Below are positions 10,870 to 20,854 of a stretch of DNA of 64,000 nt, in pieces. How positions within the stretch are numbered: position 1 is the stretch's first letter; the number at the start of each line of letters is the position of its first letter. The position numbers and the translations under genes were made by a program. The notes beneath the pieces were generated by a model, which saw nothing but the letters and a program-made list of their open reading frames with translations, was not told the origin of the DNA and did no database searches. The stretch is from an uncultured Gammaproteobacteria bacterium (GTDB taxonomy: Bacteria > Patescibacteriota > Microgenomatia > Levybacterales > UBA12049). The DNA is taken from NCBI GenBank assembly GCA_964553245.1, contig CAZKJM010000001.1, positions 145,806-209,805 on the forward strand, in the 5' to 3' direction.

Positions 10870-12479
10870 ATTATACGTAATGGCTCTCCCCTATCTACAA
10901 TTTTAGCAGATGGAGTACTTAAATAATGACAATCTACGAAAGATGAAATATACAAGGTATTCTTGGGTAGGAATTTTTCCGTATATCCAACTCCATTATT
11001 TATACAGTTTTGATAGATTCTTAAACTTCCTATTTGTGCTGGATTTTTGCCCCAAGCGCCCTGCAAAATCCTAGGATCTGTCTTTTCATATATTCCATAG
11101 ACTAAAAGAAAATCATATCCTTGCTTACTTAAGTAGATATTAGAATACTTATCCTTGTTTCGCATTATTAAGCTTGATAAATCCCGTGAATTTGAATTTA
11201 CACCCTCTGCTCCATAGATTGGCCATCTAAAATAATATTGATATAAATAGCTTGAAAAAAGAAAAAAGTATACTATTATTATTGTCAAAAATAATGTAAG
11301 TCTATAAAACTTTTTAAATTTTAATATTTTATCCAATGACATAGAAAGCCCATAGGCAACAATGATAATAAGTACTGGAAGCAACATAATATTTCTATTT
11401 ACAAAACTTTTATCAATGGTAAAAGTAGATGGAAGTGCTCCTATTATAAGCAATGTAAAAATAAATGTTTTTAGAAATCTATTTTTATTTTTAAGTAGTA
11501 AATATAAACCAATGAGCAAAAGGGGTAATTCAATAATATATAACTCTCCCCTTTGGGATATATTATTTGATCCAGACAATGGACCTGTATCGCCATATAA
11601 AAATAAAAACTCCAGAGAAAAAGGACCAAGAAAATTTTCTCTCATAGTTTTTAAATAATGCAAAGGTTTATTACTAAATATCTGACGAAAAATTATCGGT
11701 GCATTGCTATAGGTCCTTTCTAGATTAACTTGTTTTGCTGAATAAATGTTATTAAACAAATTTACATCAACTTGTCTTGTTACGCCCTGTGATTTAATAA
11801 CAAATAAAAATGAAATAAAGAAAAATGCACAAATTATCAAAAATAATGTAACGCTTTTTATATGTTTAAATAGTTTTGCGCGAAAGAAAAACAACAATAC
11901 TGGGATTAAAAATAAAAAGTATACTTTTGTTGCGTGATAACTATAAAAAGCCAAAGCAAATGGTATTAAAGACCATAAATATTTTTTCCCAGAGGCATTA
12001 GGAATGAATATATATAACCCCGATAATAAGAAAAACAACGAAAAATTTACATCCAAAAAGCTTCCTCTTGCTACTTGAAGTGCCCAAGGAGAAATAGAAA
12101 AAAGCAGTGAGCTTAATAATGCTACACGTTTGTTTTTAAACAAAAAATCAGATATTAAAAAAATTAAATAGACAGAACAAATTCCCATCAACGAAGAAAG
12201 AATCCTACCGGAAAAAGAACTAACCCCCAAAATCCCAACAAAAGGAGAAATTAAATATACAACTACTGGAGATGCGGAAGAATAAGCATTAAAAGAAAGA
12301 GGTAAAAAATTTCCTTGAACATCTCTTCCTGTATTCCAAATGCTATAGGCATTATAAATATAATTTGCTTCATCATCAATAACTCCATAAGGAATATTAC
12401 CTAATTGATATAATCTTAAAACAGAAGCTAAAAATATTATTAAAATTAATAATATTTTCCAATTAAAAAACCTAAGCAT
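10848..12479 (-). CDS. PMT/ArnT-family GT-C glycosyltransferase, tandem paralog 5
   Basis: 543 aa, 'LRLYQLGNIPYGVIDDEANYIYNAYS', 'GRDVQGNFLP'. Confidence 0.8.
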   Translation of the reverse strand: MLRFFNWKILLILIIFLASVLRLYQLGNIPYGVIDDEANYIYNAYSIWNTGRDVQGNFLPLSFNAYSSASPVVVYLISPFVGILGVSSFSGRILSSLMGICSVYLIFLISDFLFKNKRVALLSSLLFSISPWALQVARGSFLDVNFSLFFLLSGLYIFIPNASGKKYLWSLIPFALAFYSYHATKVYFLFLIPVLLFFFRAKLFKHIKSVTLFLIICAFFFISFLFVIKSQGVTRQVDVNLFNNIYSAKQVNLERTYSNAPIIFRQIFSNKPLHYLKTMRENFLGPFSLEFLFLYGDTGPLSGSNNISQRGELYIIELPLLLIGLYLLLKNKNRFLKTFIFTLLIIGALPSTFTIDKSFVNRNIMLLPVLIIIVAYGLSMSLDKILKFKKFYRLTLFLTIIIVYFFLFSSYLYQYYFRWPIYGAEGVNSNSRDLSSLIMRNKDKYSNIYLSKQGYDFLLVYGIYEKTDPRILQGAWGKNPAQIGSLRIYQNCINNGVGYTEKFLPKNTLYISSFVDCHYLSTPSAKIVDRGEPLRIIWNIYEN

Positions 12480-12493
12480 AAGTTTCTTTATAT

Positions 12494-13213
12494 TTAATTT
12501 ATAAATCTATATTTTATAAGACTCCAAAGGGCTATGCTTCCATCTCTTATGGTATTAATCTTTTTCCCTTCATTATATCCTCTGGGACTTGCTTTAATTG
12601 GGATTTCGAGAATCTTATATCCCTTTTTAAGTAACTTCGCTGTAACCTCTGGCTCTAATTCAAAACCTCTCGCATTTAATTTGATATTATTCATAGCCTT
12701 TTTAGGAAAAAGTTTATAACAAGTTTCCATATCTGTTATCCACTGTTTGTAAAGAATGCTTGTTATAAGACTTAAAAATCTATTTCCTAAATAATGAAGT
12801 AAGAACTGAGATGTTTTTTCCTCATCTTTTAAATTAGGAGCCCTTTTAATTCTCGTACCGTAAACTACTTTTGCTTTATTTTCTAAAATTGGCTTTACTA
12901 AATCTTTTATATATTTTGGATGATACTCTAAATCAGCATCTTGAATTAAAATGTAATCTCCGGTTGCTTTTTTAATACCTGTTTTTACAGCACTACCCTT
13001 GCCTGAGTTCTTATCATGTTTTAAAAGCTTTATGCTTTTGTTAGTTTTTATGTATTTCTGTAAAAGAGTAGGCGTACTATCAATTGAACCATCATCAACA
13101 ACTATAATTTCTTTTTTTATATTTGGGGTGTTTTCTTTTTTAAGACGATCCAATAATTTAATAACCGTATTTTCCTCGTTATAAACGGGAATTATTATGG
13201 AAAGTTTCATCAT
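12494..13213 (-). CDS. GT2 polyprenol-phosphate sugar synthase (DPM1/ArnC/GtrB-like)
   Basis: 239 aa, 'LSIIIPVYNEE', 'VVDDGSIDST', 'GKGSAV', 'DADLEYHP'. The DxD motif arrangement matches dolichol-P-mannose synthase-like GT2 enzymes. Confidence 0.75.
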   Translation of the reverse strand: MMKLSIIIPVYNEENTVIKLLDRLKKENTPNIKKEIIVVDDGSIDSTPTLLQKYIKTNKSIKLLKHDKNSGKGSAVKTGIKKATGDYILIQDADLEYHPKYIKDLVKPILENKAKVVYGTRIKRAPNLKDEEKTSQFLLHYLGNRFLSLITSILYKQWITDMETCYKLFPKKAMNNIKLNARGFELEPEVTAKLLKKGYKILEIPIKASPRGYNEGKKINTIRDGSIALWSLIKYRFIN

Positions 13214-14154
13214 TTAATAAATTCAGCAAAGATTTCTTTGTCCTTTTTAACAAATAATTTTTCAGCTTTAAATTTAGATTTTATAATTTCCGGAAGTAAA
13301 AATAAAGCCTTAAAAAAACCTAAAAAACAAGCTAAATCTAAACCAATAATTTGTTTTGCTAAATAATATGGTAAAAAGAGAATATGGTTTAAGATTAAAT
13401 CCTTATCAGTAATGTTTTTCCAAACAAAAATAAACTGATTCTTATAAGCAATCTTTTTTATATCAAAACTTGAATACCTACTTTTTATTGCTCCTTTTTC
13501 ATGTTCATGCAAAACTACGCTTTTATTTTCAAATAATATTTGATACCCAGATTTTAAAGCTCTATATGACAAATCAATATCCTCCCAATAAAATGGGTCA
13601 TATAATGAATCTAGTCCTTCAAGTTTTTCCCAAATTGATTTTCTAAACGCACCACTTCCTCCACTTACCCAAAGAGTGTTTGACGCATCAACCTTTCCTT
13701 TTGAATGAATTAAAAATCCTTTTTTAAATACTCCGACTCCTCTTCCTCTTAAAGTAATTTTTTCTCCATCTACGCTTTTATCCATACAACCTACTGCAAA
13801 AATATTTTTGTCTTTAAAATGATTAATTAAGGGCTTAAGAAAATCTTTTTCAGGAATAATATCTGTATTTAAAAGAATTAATATTTCCCCAGTAGATTTA
13901 CTAACTCCAATATTTACATTGGATGAAAAACCTTTATTTTTTTTATTTTCAATAATCTTAGATGAAAAATTATTATTATTTACTTTTCCTAAAACTTCTT
14001 TTGCAACTTCTAAAGAATTATCTTCGGATCCATCATCTGTTAAAATAAATTCTATTTCGTATCCTTTATCAATTACTGATTCAATAACCTTAGGCAGATT
14101 TTTTTTGAGTAAATTTTCTCCGTTATAATTTGGAATAACAATGCTTATTTTCAT
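13210..14154 (-). CDS. GT2 family glycosyltransferase
   Basis: 314 aa, 'ISIVIPNYNGENLL', 'TDDGSEDNS', 'DPFYWEDIDLSYRALKSGY'. Confidence 0.75.
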   Translation of the reverse strand: MKISIVIPNYNGENLLKKNLPKVIESVIDKGYEIEFILTDDGSEDNSLEVAKEVLGKVNNNNFSSKIIENKKNKGFSSNVNIGVSKSTGEILILLNTDIIPEKDFLKPLINHFKDKNIFAVGCMDKSVDGEKITLRGRGVGVFKKGFLIHSKGKVDASNTLWVSGGSGAFRKSIWEKLEGLDSLYDPFYWEDIDLSYRALKSGYQILFENKSVVLHEHEKGAIKSRYSSFDIKKIAYKNQFIFVWKNITDKDLILNHILFLPYYLAKQIIGLDLACFLGFFKALFLLPEIIKSKFKAEKLFVKKDKEIFAEFIK

Positions 14155-14157
14155 AAA

Positions 14158-16428
14158 TTAAAAAAGTGAATTTTTAAATTCAATTTTATGATTTCCTTTT
14201 GGAACAATTATACCTCTAAAACTGTAATCTGTTATATAGATTTCTGTATTTTTTCCATCTATTGTTGCGCTCCAAGTTGGATAATAACTATCAGTTAAAA
14301 CCAAAAATCCATCTCCTTGACATTGAGTGTTTAAAATAATTTTGTTTTCTTGATAACTTTTAATCTCTATTTTCCCAAGATCCCAATTAGATTTAAAAAA
14401 GCTTTTATCTTTAACCCCTTCTACAATTGCAGTTTTTTCAAGAGGATTATCTATATTAAACATCTCATTAATTGCCTCTTGTTTTGATTCAACTAATTTT
14501 GTATTTACTACAAAAAAAACTTTTGGGTATGCGTTATTATTTTCATAAACTATAATCTTTCCATTTCTATAAACTTCACTAAGCTTACTTTCAGTTAGTT
14601 CATTAAAGCTTAAAACATACTTAACACCTAATAAATCCATGATCCTTGATGAAACATTTTGAGGAGTTATTATTCGATTAAACCCAAAAGGAGGTAAGAT
14701 GTCTGGCTTTCCCCTTCCAACAGCTGCCATTAATTCTCCATATCTTTGAAGATATAAAGGATCATAACCATCAAGTGTTTGAATTTTATACATTATAGAA
14801 AAGTTTGGTGGAAAAATGCTTGGATCAGTTGACATAACTCTAAAATATCCATTTTGCTCTTTTAGAAATTCAGTTACTGCAGTATTTGGAAATAAATATT
14901 CTTTTTTAGAAAATGTTTCAAACTTTAAGCCAAATCTAAAAAGATCAAAAACCGTAATAGCTATTAAAACAATTAAAAAGTAGTTTAAAATCTTTTTATT
15001 TTTATAAAAAACTAATATTAAAAATAAAATTAAAGATGTTAGAAATATAATACATGGAAGTATTAAGTTTTGTCTTGCAACTGATAGATTTTCAAGAGAT
15101 ATTACTTGCCCATTTGAAAAAAGCACAAACCCCCAAAGAGAAATAAAGAATAATGAGATAACCAAAAGAATATATAAAATATTCTTTTTATTTTTTACTC
15201 TTATAAAATAATCTAATCCAAGCGCAGCTAAAATACTTAATGAAAAATCGGTTAAAAATAAAAGTCTTGTTGGCTGAGATGTTGAAATTAACGGAATTTC
15301 TAATTTATATGGAATCTTTGAAATAACGCTTGGGAAAGCAAATATTAAGGACACAAAGAAAAAGCTTCCAAAAAACATTGTTTTTTTATCTTTTCTAAAA
15401 AAGAGTGCAAGAAATGCGAGAACAAGTGGAATAATTCCAACATATCCAATAAACTCTGTATAATTCCAAATACCATAATAATTAAGCGTTGCAGGATTAC
15501 CGAAAAAATCTGGAGCTAAAAATTGAATCATGTTTTGCCAAGGAATGAACCACCCTTCAGCTTGCCAACCAATTACATCTAAACTTCTTGCAGACATTGA
15601 TATAAACTTTAAAGTTGGAAACCATTGAGGAATTGAAATAATAACAAAAAACGCAAAAAGAAATGTAAAAAAAGCTGTTTTTTTAACCTTCTCTTTTCTG
15701 CAAATTAATTTAGAAAGCATATAGAAAAATAGAAGTACTATTAAATAGAAAAAAGTTTGTAAATGTCCTGCAAAAAAGGAAAAAGCTAAAGAAAGTACAA
15801 AAACAATCGACCAAATAGAAATATTTTTATTTAATAAATTTTCTTTTTCAAAAAGAGTAAATAGTTTGTCTACTGACAATAAAGCCAGCGGTAACCAAAG
15901 AACAGTATTTAATATTGTTCCCCATTCAAGCCAAGCGATCGAGAAGCCTGAGAAAGAAAATGCAATAGCTCCTAACAAAGACGAGAACTTTTTTAATTTT
16001 AAATTGTTTAAATAAAAATAAAGAAAAAACCCAGCTAAAACAGGTTGCAGGAAAATAAAAAGACTCCAAGAAATTTCAAAAGGTGCAAGAAAAAATAAGA
16101 AATTAAGCGGATAAAAAACAGATGATTGAAAATTTGCAAGAAGCAAAGTGCCTGAAAAATTATATGGATTCCATGTTGGTAAAATATTATTTTTCTTTTG
16201 CTCTATTGATAAATACTTCCATGGATATTGCTGTCTAACAGGATCTGTAATTAAGAAATTTTTAAATGGAATTCCGTTTGGATTTGTTTTAGCATAAATA
16301 TCTCTAAATGGATAATATAACCCAACAATCGTATCGGATGGAATTGGAAGTAAACCTTTTAAAAAAAATTGCCAAAAGAAAATAACAACCAGCAAAAAAT
16401 ATATTATTGGTAAAAATAATTTCTTCAC
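14158..16428 (-). CDS. YfhO-like GT-C membrane protein
   Basis: 756 aa, many TM segments. Carries 'QQYPWKY', 'WNPYNFSGT', 'FLAPDFFGNP' and 'GYVGIIPLVLAF', the motifs of the bacterial YfhO family. Confidence 0.8.
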   Translation of the reverse strand: MKKLFLPIIYFLLVVIFFWQFFLKGLLPIPSDTIVGLYYPFRDIYAKTNPNGIPFKNFLITDPVRQQYPWKYLSIEQKKNNILPTWNPYNFSGTLLLANFQSSVFYPLNFLFFLAPFEISWSLFIFLQPVLAGFFLYFYLNNLKLKKFSSLLGAIAFSFSGFSIAWLEWGTILNTVLWLPLALLSVDKLFTLFEKENLLNKNISIWSIVFVLSLAFSFFAGHLQTFFYLIVLLFFYMLSKLICRKEKVKKTAFFTFLFAFFVIISIPQWFPTLKFISMSARSLDVIGWQAEGWFIPWQNMIQFLAPDFFGNPATLNYYGIWNYTEFIGYVGIIPLVLAFLALFFRKDKKTMFFGSFFFVSLIFAFPSVISKIPYKLEIPLISTSQPTRLLFLTDFSLSILAALGLDYFIRVKNKKNILYILLVISLFFISLWGFVLFSNGQVISLENLSVARQNLILPCIIFLTSLILFLILVFYKNKKILNYFLIVLIAITVFDLFRFGLKFETFSKKEYLFPNTAVTEFLKEQNGYFRVMSTDPSIFPPNFSIMYKIQTLDGYDPLYLQRYGELMAAVGRGKPDILPPFGFNRIITPQNVSSRIMDLLGVKYVLSFNELTESKLSEVYRNGKIIVYENNNAYPKVFFVVNTKLVESKQEAINEMFNIDNPLEKTAIVEGVKDKSFFKSNWDLGKIEIKSYQENKIILNTQCQGDGFLVLTDSYYPTWSATIDGKNTEIYITDYSFRGIIVPKGNHKIEFKNSLF

Positions 16429-17495
16429 TTTTTAAATATTTCTCTTATTTTTTTACAAAATTTTTCGTTACTAAAATTTATTGCCTTTTTATTTGCTTCT
16501 ATAGAAAGCTTTTTTCTTAAATTTTCATCATTAACTATTGATAAAGTTTTATCTATCAAGTCCTTCTCTGTTTCCCATAAAAATCCATTCTTGCCGACAT
16601 CTACAATTTCCTTTTGCCCACCTGCGTTAATAACGATCGGGACAACTTTTGCAGACATTGCTTCAACTGTTGATATACCAAAATGCTCAGCTCTTTCAGG
16701 ATTTTTCTTTAGATCTTCTCCAAAACCTGATGCGTGCCAATAAATTTTTGATTTAAGATAGATTTTTGACAAATCCTCCCAACTTGAATTTTCAACAAAT
16801 TCAATTGGGTATTTAAACGCTTGGCTTTTTAATCTATCTAGTTCTTCTTTATATTTTTCAATATAACTTATAACTATTACTAATTTCCAATCTTTAAAAC
16901 CTCCATCTACCATTTTTTTAAAAACCTTAATCATAAAATCTTGTTTTTTAAAATATCCGCCATCCGGAAGCAAACCAAATCTACCGACGGTTAAAATTAT
17001 ATTTTCTTTTGTTATTTTTGAGTTCTTAAAAAGGACACTTGATGGGGGATACAAAACAATGCTTTTTGTACCTAGCTTTTTGTCCACAAAGTCCTTTGTA
17101 AAAGTACTGTTGCAAATAACCTTGTGTATTCTTTTAAGTTTCGTATTTTGCCAAAAACCATTGGAATTTACCCATTCTATTGGAAACTGTAAATGAATAA
17201 ACAACTTGCAACTAATAAAGGGGATGCTTCCATCGCTTAAAAAGAGTATCGCATCAAATTTTTTTGATTGCAAAAATCTCTTACAGAAATTTTTGTGCTT
17301 AAAAATGTTTTCAAATAAGCTTACTTTTTTAAGATTAATCGAAAATCTTTTCTCCGCCTTTCTCAAAATATTTTTATCCTTATCCCATAAAACAAAAACC
17401 TGATGGTCCATAGCAAGACAAGAAGCGGCTGTAAGCATATATTTTTCTCCACCACCTAAGGTGTCTAAATATGGATCAAATATTCCTATCTTCAT
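16425..17495 (-). CDS. GT4 (group 1) glycosyltransferase
   Basis: 356 aa. N-terminal 'KIGIFDPYLDTLGGGEKY', and the C-terminal 'EHFGISTVEAMSAKVVPIV' matches the EX7E motif region of GT4 enzymes. Confidence 0.75.
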   Translation of the reverse strand: MKIGIFDPYLDTLGGGEKYMLTAASCLAMDHQVFVLWDKDKNILRKAEKRFSINLKKVSLFENIFKHKNFCKRFLQSKKFDAILFLSDGSIPFISCKLFIHLQFPIEWVNSNGFWQNTKLKRIHKVICNSTFTKDFVDKKLGTKSIVLYPPSSVLFKNSKITKENIILTVGRFGLLPDGGYFKKQDFMIKVFKKMVDGGFKDWKLVIVISYIEKYKEELDRLKSQAFKYPIEFVENSSWEDLSKIYLKSKIYWHASGFGEDLKKNPERAEHFGISTVEAMSAKVVPIVINAGGQKEIVDVGKNGFLWETEKDLIDKTLSIVNDENLRKKLSIEANKKAINFSNEKFCKKIREIFKK

Positions 17496-17565
17496 AATCT
17501 TATTTTATCAAGTTTATAAACCTATTGCATTCTCATAAAATAAAATAATATAATCTAGTAAGAAT

Positions 17566-17808
17566 ATGAACAGTTCATTTCCAGGTTTACCATTTCCTCA
17601 ATATTTAATATATATAATAATGGTTTGGTCTATAGCCTGGAAAGGTTTAGCATTATGGCATTCGGCAAGAAATAATCAAAAAAACTGGTTTTTAGTAATG
17701 CTCGTAATAAATACTATAGGGATTATGGAAATTGTTTATTTATTTGGTTTCTCAAAGAAAAAATTAGCCCTCAAAGATCTTGCGTTTTGGAAAACTAAAG
17801 AAAAATAA
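17566..17808 (+). CDS. Small two-TM membrane protein, PLDc_N-like (cardiolipin-synthase N-terminal domain family)
   Basis: 80 aa. 'WSIAWKGLALWHSARNNQKNWFLVMLVINTIGIMEIVYLFGF' fits the conserved W..LW.A.RN...W...NT.GI...YL pattern. It is the only plus-strand gene in the 34 kb array and has its own upstream TTGCAT-N18-TATAAT promoter. Its 3' end overlaps the 3' end of the convergent YfhO gene by 45 nt. Confidence 0.6.
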   Translation: MNSSFPGLPFPQYLIYIIMVWSIAWKGLALWHSARNNQKNWFLVMLVINTIGIMEIVYLFGFSKKKLALKDLAFWKTKEK

Positions 17809-20091
17809 CCCAAAAAACCCAAATAATAATGCGCCTATACCATAAATAAAACTATCTGGAATGTATTCAAATTCAACCAAATGGCGTCCCTTTTTAACTT
17901 GAACCGCTTTAAAAGCATAATCTGCTCTATAAATTTTTTGACCTTTTCCATCAATTTTTACTTTCCAACCAGAATGATAAGAGTCAGATAAAAATAAAAG
18001 CGAATCAGTATTTGCATTTACAATAAGCTCTATGTTGTTTGAATTATATTTTTGTATATTTACGGTTCCAGCGCTACCGCTTGATTGTCTTAATCCAATA
18101 TTTTCTTCTAAAATAACTTTTTTGGAAAAATCAAATTTATCAGAAAACAAAGTATCCAGGATTATTTTTTTGTCATTTATAACCTCATATTGATTAACTA
18201 AATAAGCGCGGGATAACACATTATTATTTTCGTAAATTTGATATTTATCATCCTCATAAATTAGACTAAAGCTTCCATTCTTATATTCCCAATATGGAAA
18301 AGCCCAGATTGCTTGACCATCTGCTTTTTTATGAATTATGTATTTTATCCCAAATAAATTAATCGCTTCTTTTGTAAATTCTCCTCTTTTTGAAAGCTTA
18401 ACTATTGATCTTTCAGGAGTTTTCAATCTTCCTTCATTTACATAACTTACTAACTCTCCATACCTTTTAATATAAACTGCATCATATCCTTCAATTGAAG
18501 GAAGGTTATAATAAACAAAAACCTCTCCCCCTAAATTACCATAATATCTATCTATTGAAGATAAGTTTTTAAGATAAGTTAAAGTTTTAGTTTGTTTAAA
18601 AACTAAACTTTTTGGATCAAAAGGCATCCACTTAGTTGAAAATCTTAAAAGATCAAAAGAAATAATAACCAAAAAGGCAATTGCTAAAACAATATATATT
18701 TTTTTATTTTTTCTAAGTAAAACTGTAATTAAGGTAGTAAATGAAAATACTATAAAAATTATTGATGGTAATATTAAATTTTGCCTTGCAATTATTGTTT
18801 TTTCCATAGGTAAAACTTCTAGAAGAACAATTAACCAAAGAATGATATAAATAATAAAAAAAGAAAATATTAAAAAAATTATTTTTCTAAGTTTTCCTTT
18901 TTTTAAATCTTCTAAAAGTTGATCGTAGCCAAAAGACGCAAAAAGAGAAAAAAGAAAGCTAAAGACTACAATAATTCTACTCGCTGCACTAGTTGATAAG
19001 ACTGGTACTTTTAAAGCTACGAAAAAACTCAATAATGGTGTATCAAAAGCTAAAAAAAGAACTAAAATACTAAATATGAACAAATAAAATACTTGTTTAT
19101 TTTTTTTATTCAAAATTGCATAAATACTGAGTATTAATGGGATTATACCAATGTATGCATTCCACTCCGCATAGTGACCAAACCAATCATTTCTAGTTAC
19201 GGGATTACCGAAAAAATCTGGAGCTAAAAAAGTTGGTAAGTAGTTAATTGGGATTGCTTCAATTTTCTGGAAAAGAACGCTCCTTAAAGAATCTGAATAA
19301 AGCTCAATTGAAGGTAAAATTTGAGGCATTGATATAAATAATCCCAGAATTACATAAATAATAGACCATAAGCTTTTCTTTTTATCTTTGGTTATTAAAT
19401 ACTTTATAAGAATATAGGTAAATACGGTAATTAAGAAATATAAGCTAATTTGAAAATGACCGCTAAAAAAAGACATTGGAACCGTTAGCGAGGAAAGGAC
19501 TAAGTATCTCTTTTTTTCTTTTTGAAAAAAATTTTCCAAACCATATATGCATAAAGGTAAAAAGAGAATCGCAAACCCTAGCGTTGCATATCCCATCCAT
19601 GTCACGATAAATCCACAGAACATAAAAGCGATTGACGAAATAAGCCCTGCAATTTCTGATCTATCTAAGCTTCTAGTTAATAAATACATAAATATTCCAG
19701 CAAGTAATGGTTGCAACAATACCAACAAGCTCCACGCATCAATAAAGGGAAAAATAAGGAATAAAAAATTAAACGGAGAAAGTACTGCTGATTGATAATT
19801 AGCTAAATGCGGTGTTCCTGAAAAACTATATGGATTCCAAAGGGGAATTTGACCCGATAGGTAAGTTTGTATTGTTAAATATTTCCAAGGATAAATTTGG
19901 CCAATAATATCAGGCATCGCATTATTTTTAACAGGACTTGCTAGTTCTGAATAAGTACTCCAAGGAGCAAAAAAATTTACCTGGTATGTAGATGGATAAG
20001 GCACATTCCCCTTTATTAAGTAAGGTGATGCAAAAATAAACCAAATTAAAAATATTAATAAATACGTCCAGTATTTTTTAATTATTTTCAT
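17764..20091 (-). CDS. YfhO-like GT-C membrane protein
   Basis: 775 aa, 'GQIYPWKY', 'WNPYSFSGTP', 'FLAPDFFGNP', 'GIIPLILSIYA'. Confidence 0.8.
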   Translation of the reverse strand: MKIIKKYWTYLLIFLIWFIFASPYLIKGNVPYPSTYQVNFFAPWSTYSELASPVKNNAMPDIIGQIYPWKYLTIQTYLSGQIPLWNPYSFSGTPHLANYQSAVLSPFNFLFLIFPFIDAWSLLVLLQPLLAGIFMYLLTRSLDRSEIAGLISSIAFMFCGFIVTWMGYATLGFAILFLPLCIYGLENFFQKEKKRYLVLSSLTVPMSFFSGHFQISLYFLITVFTYILIKYLITKDKKKSLWSIIYVILGLFISMPQILPSIELYSDSLRSVLFQKIEAIPINYLPTFLAPDFFGNPVTRNDWFGHYAEWNAYIGIIPLILSIYAILNKKNKQVFYLFIFSILVLFLAFDTPLLSFFVALKVPVLSTSAASRIIVVFSFLFSLFASFGYDQLLEDLKKGKLRKIIFLIFSFFIIYIILWLIVLLEVLPMEKTIIARQNLILPSIIFIVFSFTTLITVLLRKNKKIYIVLAIAFLVIISFDLLRFSTKWMPFDPKSLVFKQTKTLTYLKNLSSIDRYYGNLGGEVFVYYNLPSIEGYDAVYIKRYGELVSYVNEGRLKTPERSIVKLSKRGEFTKEAINLFGIKYIIHKKADGQAIWAFPYWEYKNGSFSLIYEDDKYQIYENNNVLSRAYLVNQYEVINDKKIILDTLFSDKFDFSKKVILEENIGLRQSSGSAGTVNIQKYNSNNIELIVNANTDSLLFLSDSYHSGWKVKIDGKGQKIYRADYAFKAVQVKKGRHLVEFEYIPDSFIYGIGALLFGFFGLFFFSFPKRKIFEG

Positions 20092-20854
20092 TATTTTCTA
20101 TTTCTTTATCATATCTATTTTGTAATTCCCAAAGCCTTGCGTAAGTAATAAAAATACTAAAGGCCTGATAAACACTTTCTACTATCCCAGCTGTTCCTGC
20201 TTTATAGCCCTTTTGCGTAATATATGAATTAAAAAAAGCTGTTAGCATTACTCTTGGAAATCTCCACCATGTCATCCTTGGATGATTTGTCTTATATCTT
20301 AAATTTGCCTCAATCTTTGACCACTCAATTGTTTTACTAAGCATAGATGAAAGATCTCTATGTGTATAATGCAATAGATAACCTTCGATGTCCCCAATTT
20401 TTCCTTCAATTAATGGACTTTCGTGAAGCTGTCCTATCCATTTTTTTAAGGCTCTTCTCCTAAACAACCGTTCAATTTTTTCAATATTCGGCCATTCTTC
20501 ATTGCCAAAATAAAAATTTTTTCTTTGTAATTTATAAGCTGAAAATTCATTTTCTTCTTTTAACAATAAATTTTTAATATTCTTCGCTAGTTCTTTCGAA
20601 ATTCTTTCGTCTACGTCAACATATAAAACCCACTCTGAAGTTGCCTTTAATAAACCAAAATTTCTAAGTTTTGCAAAATCTTTAGAATCATATTCAAAAA
20701 CTTTTGCACTCATTCTTTTAGCAATCTCTTCAGTTCTGTCTTTTGAATCGTTATCGATCACAATAATTTCGTCACAGAAAAAAAGCGAATCAATACAATC
20801 CGCAATTAAATCTTCTCCATCTTTTACAATAATTACTGCAGAAATTTTTGTCAT
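20078..20854 (-). CDS. GT2 family glycosyltransferase
   Basis: 258 aa, 'ISAVIIVKDGEDLIADCIDSL...DEIIVIDNDSKDRTEEIA', 'YVDVDERIS'. Confidence 0.7.
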   Translation of the reverse strand: MTKISAVIIVKDGEDLIADCIDSLFFCDEIIVIDNDSKDRTEEIAKRMSAKVFEYDSKDFAKLRNFGLLKATSEWVLYVDVDERISKELAKNIKNLLLKEENEFSAYKLQRKNFYFGNEEWPNIEKIERLFRRRALKKWIGQLHESPLIEGKIGDIEGYLLHYTHRDLSSMLSKTIEWSKIEANLRYKTNHPRMTWWRFPRVMLTAFFNSYITQKGYKAGTAGIVESVYQAFSIFITYARLWELQNRYDKEIENNENN

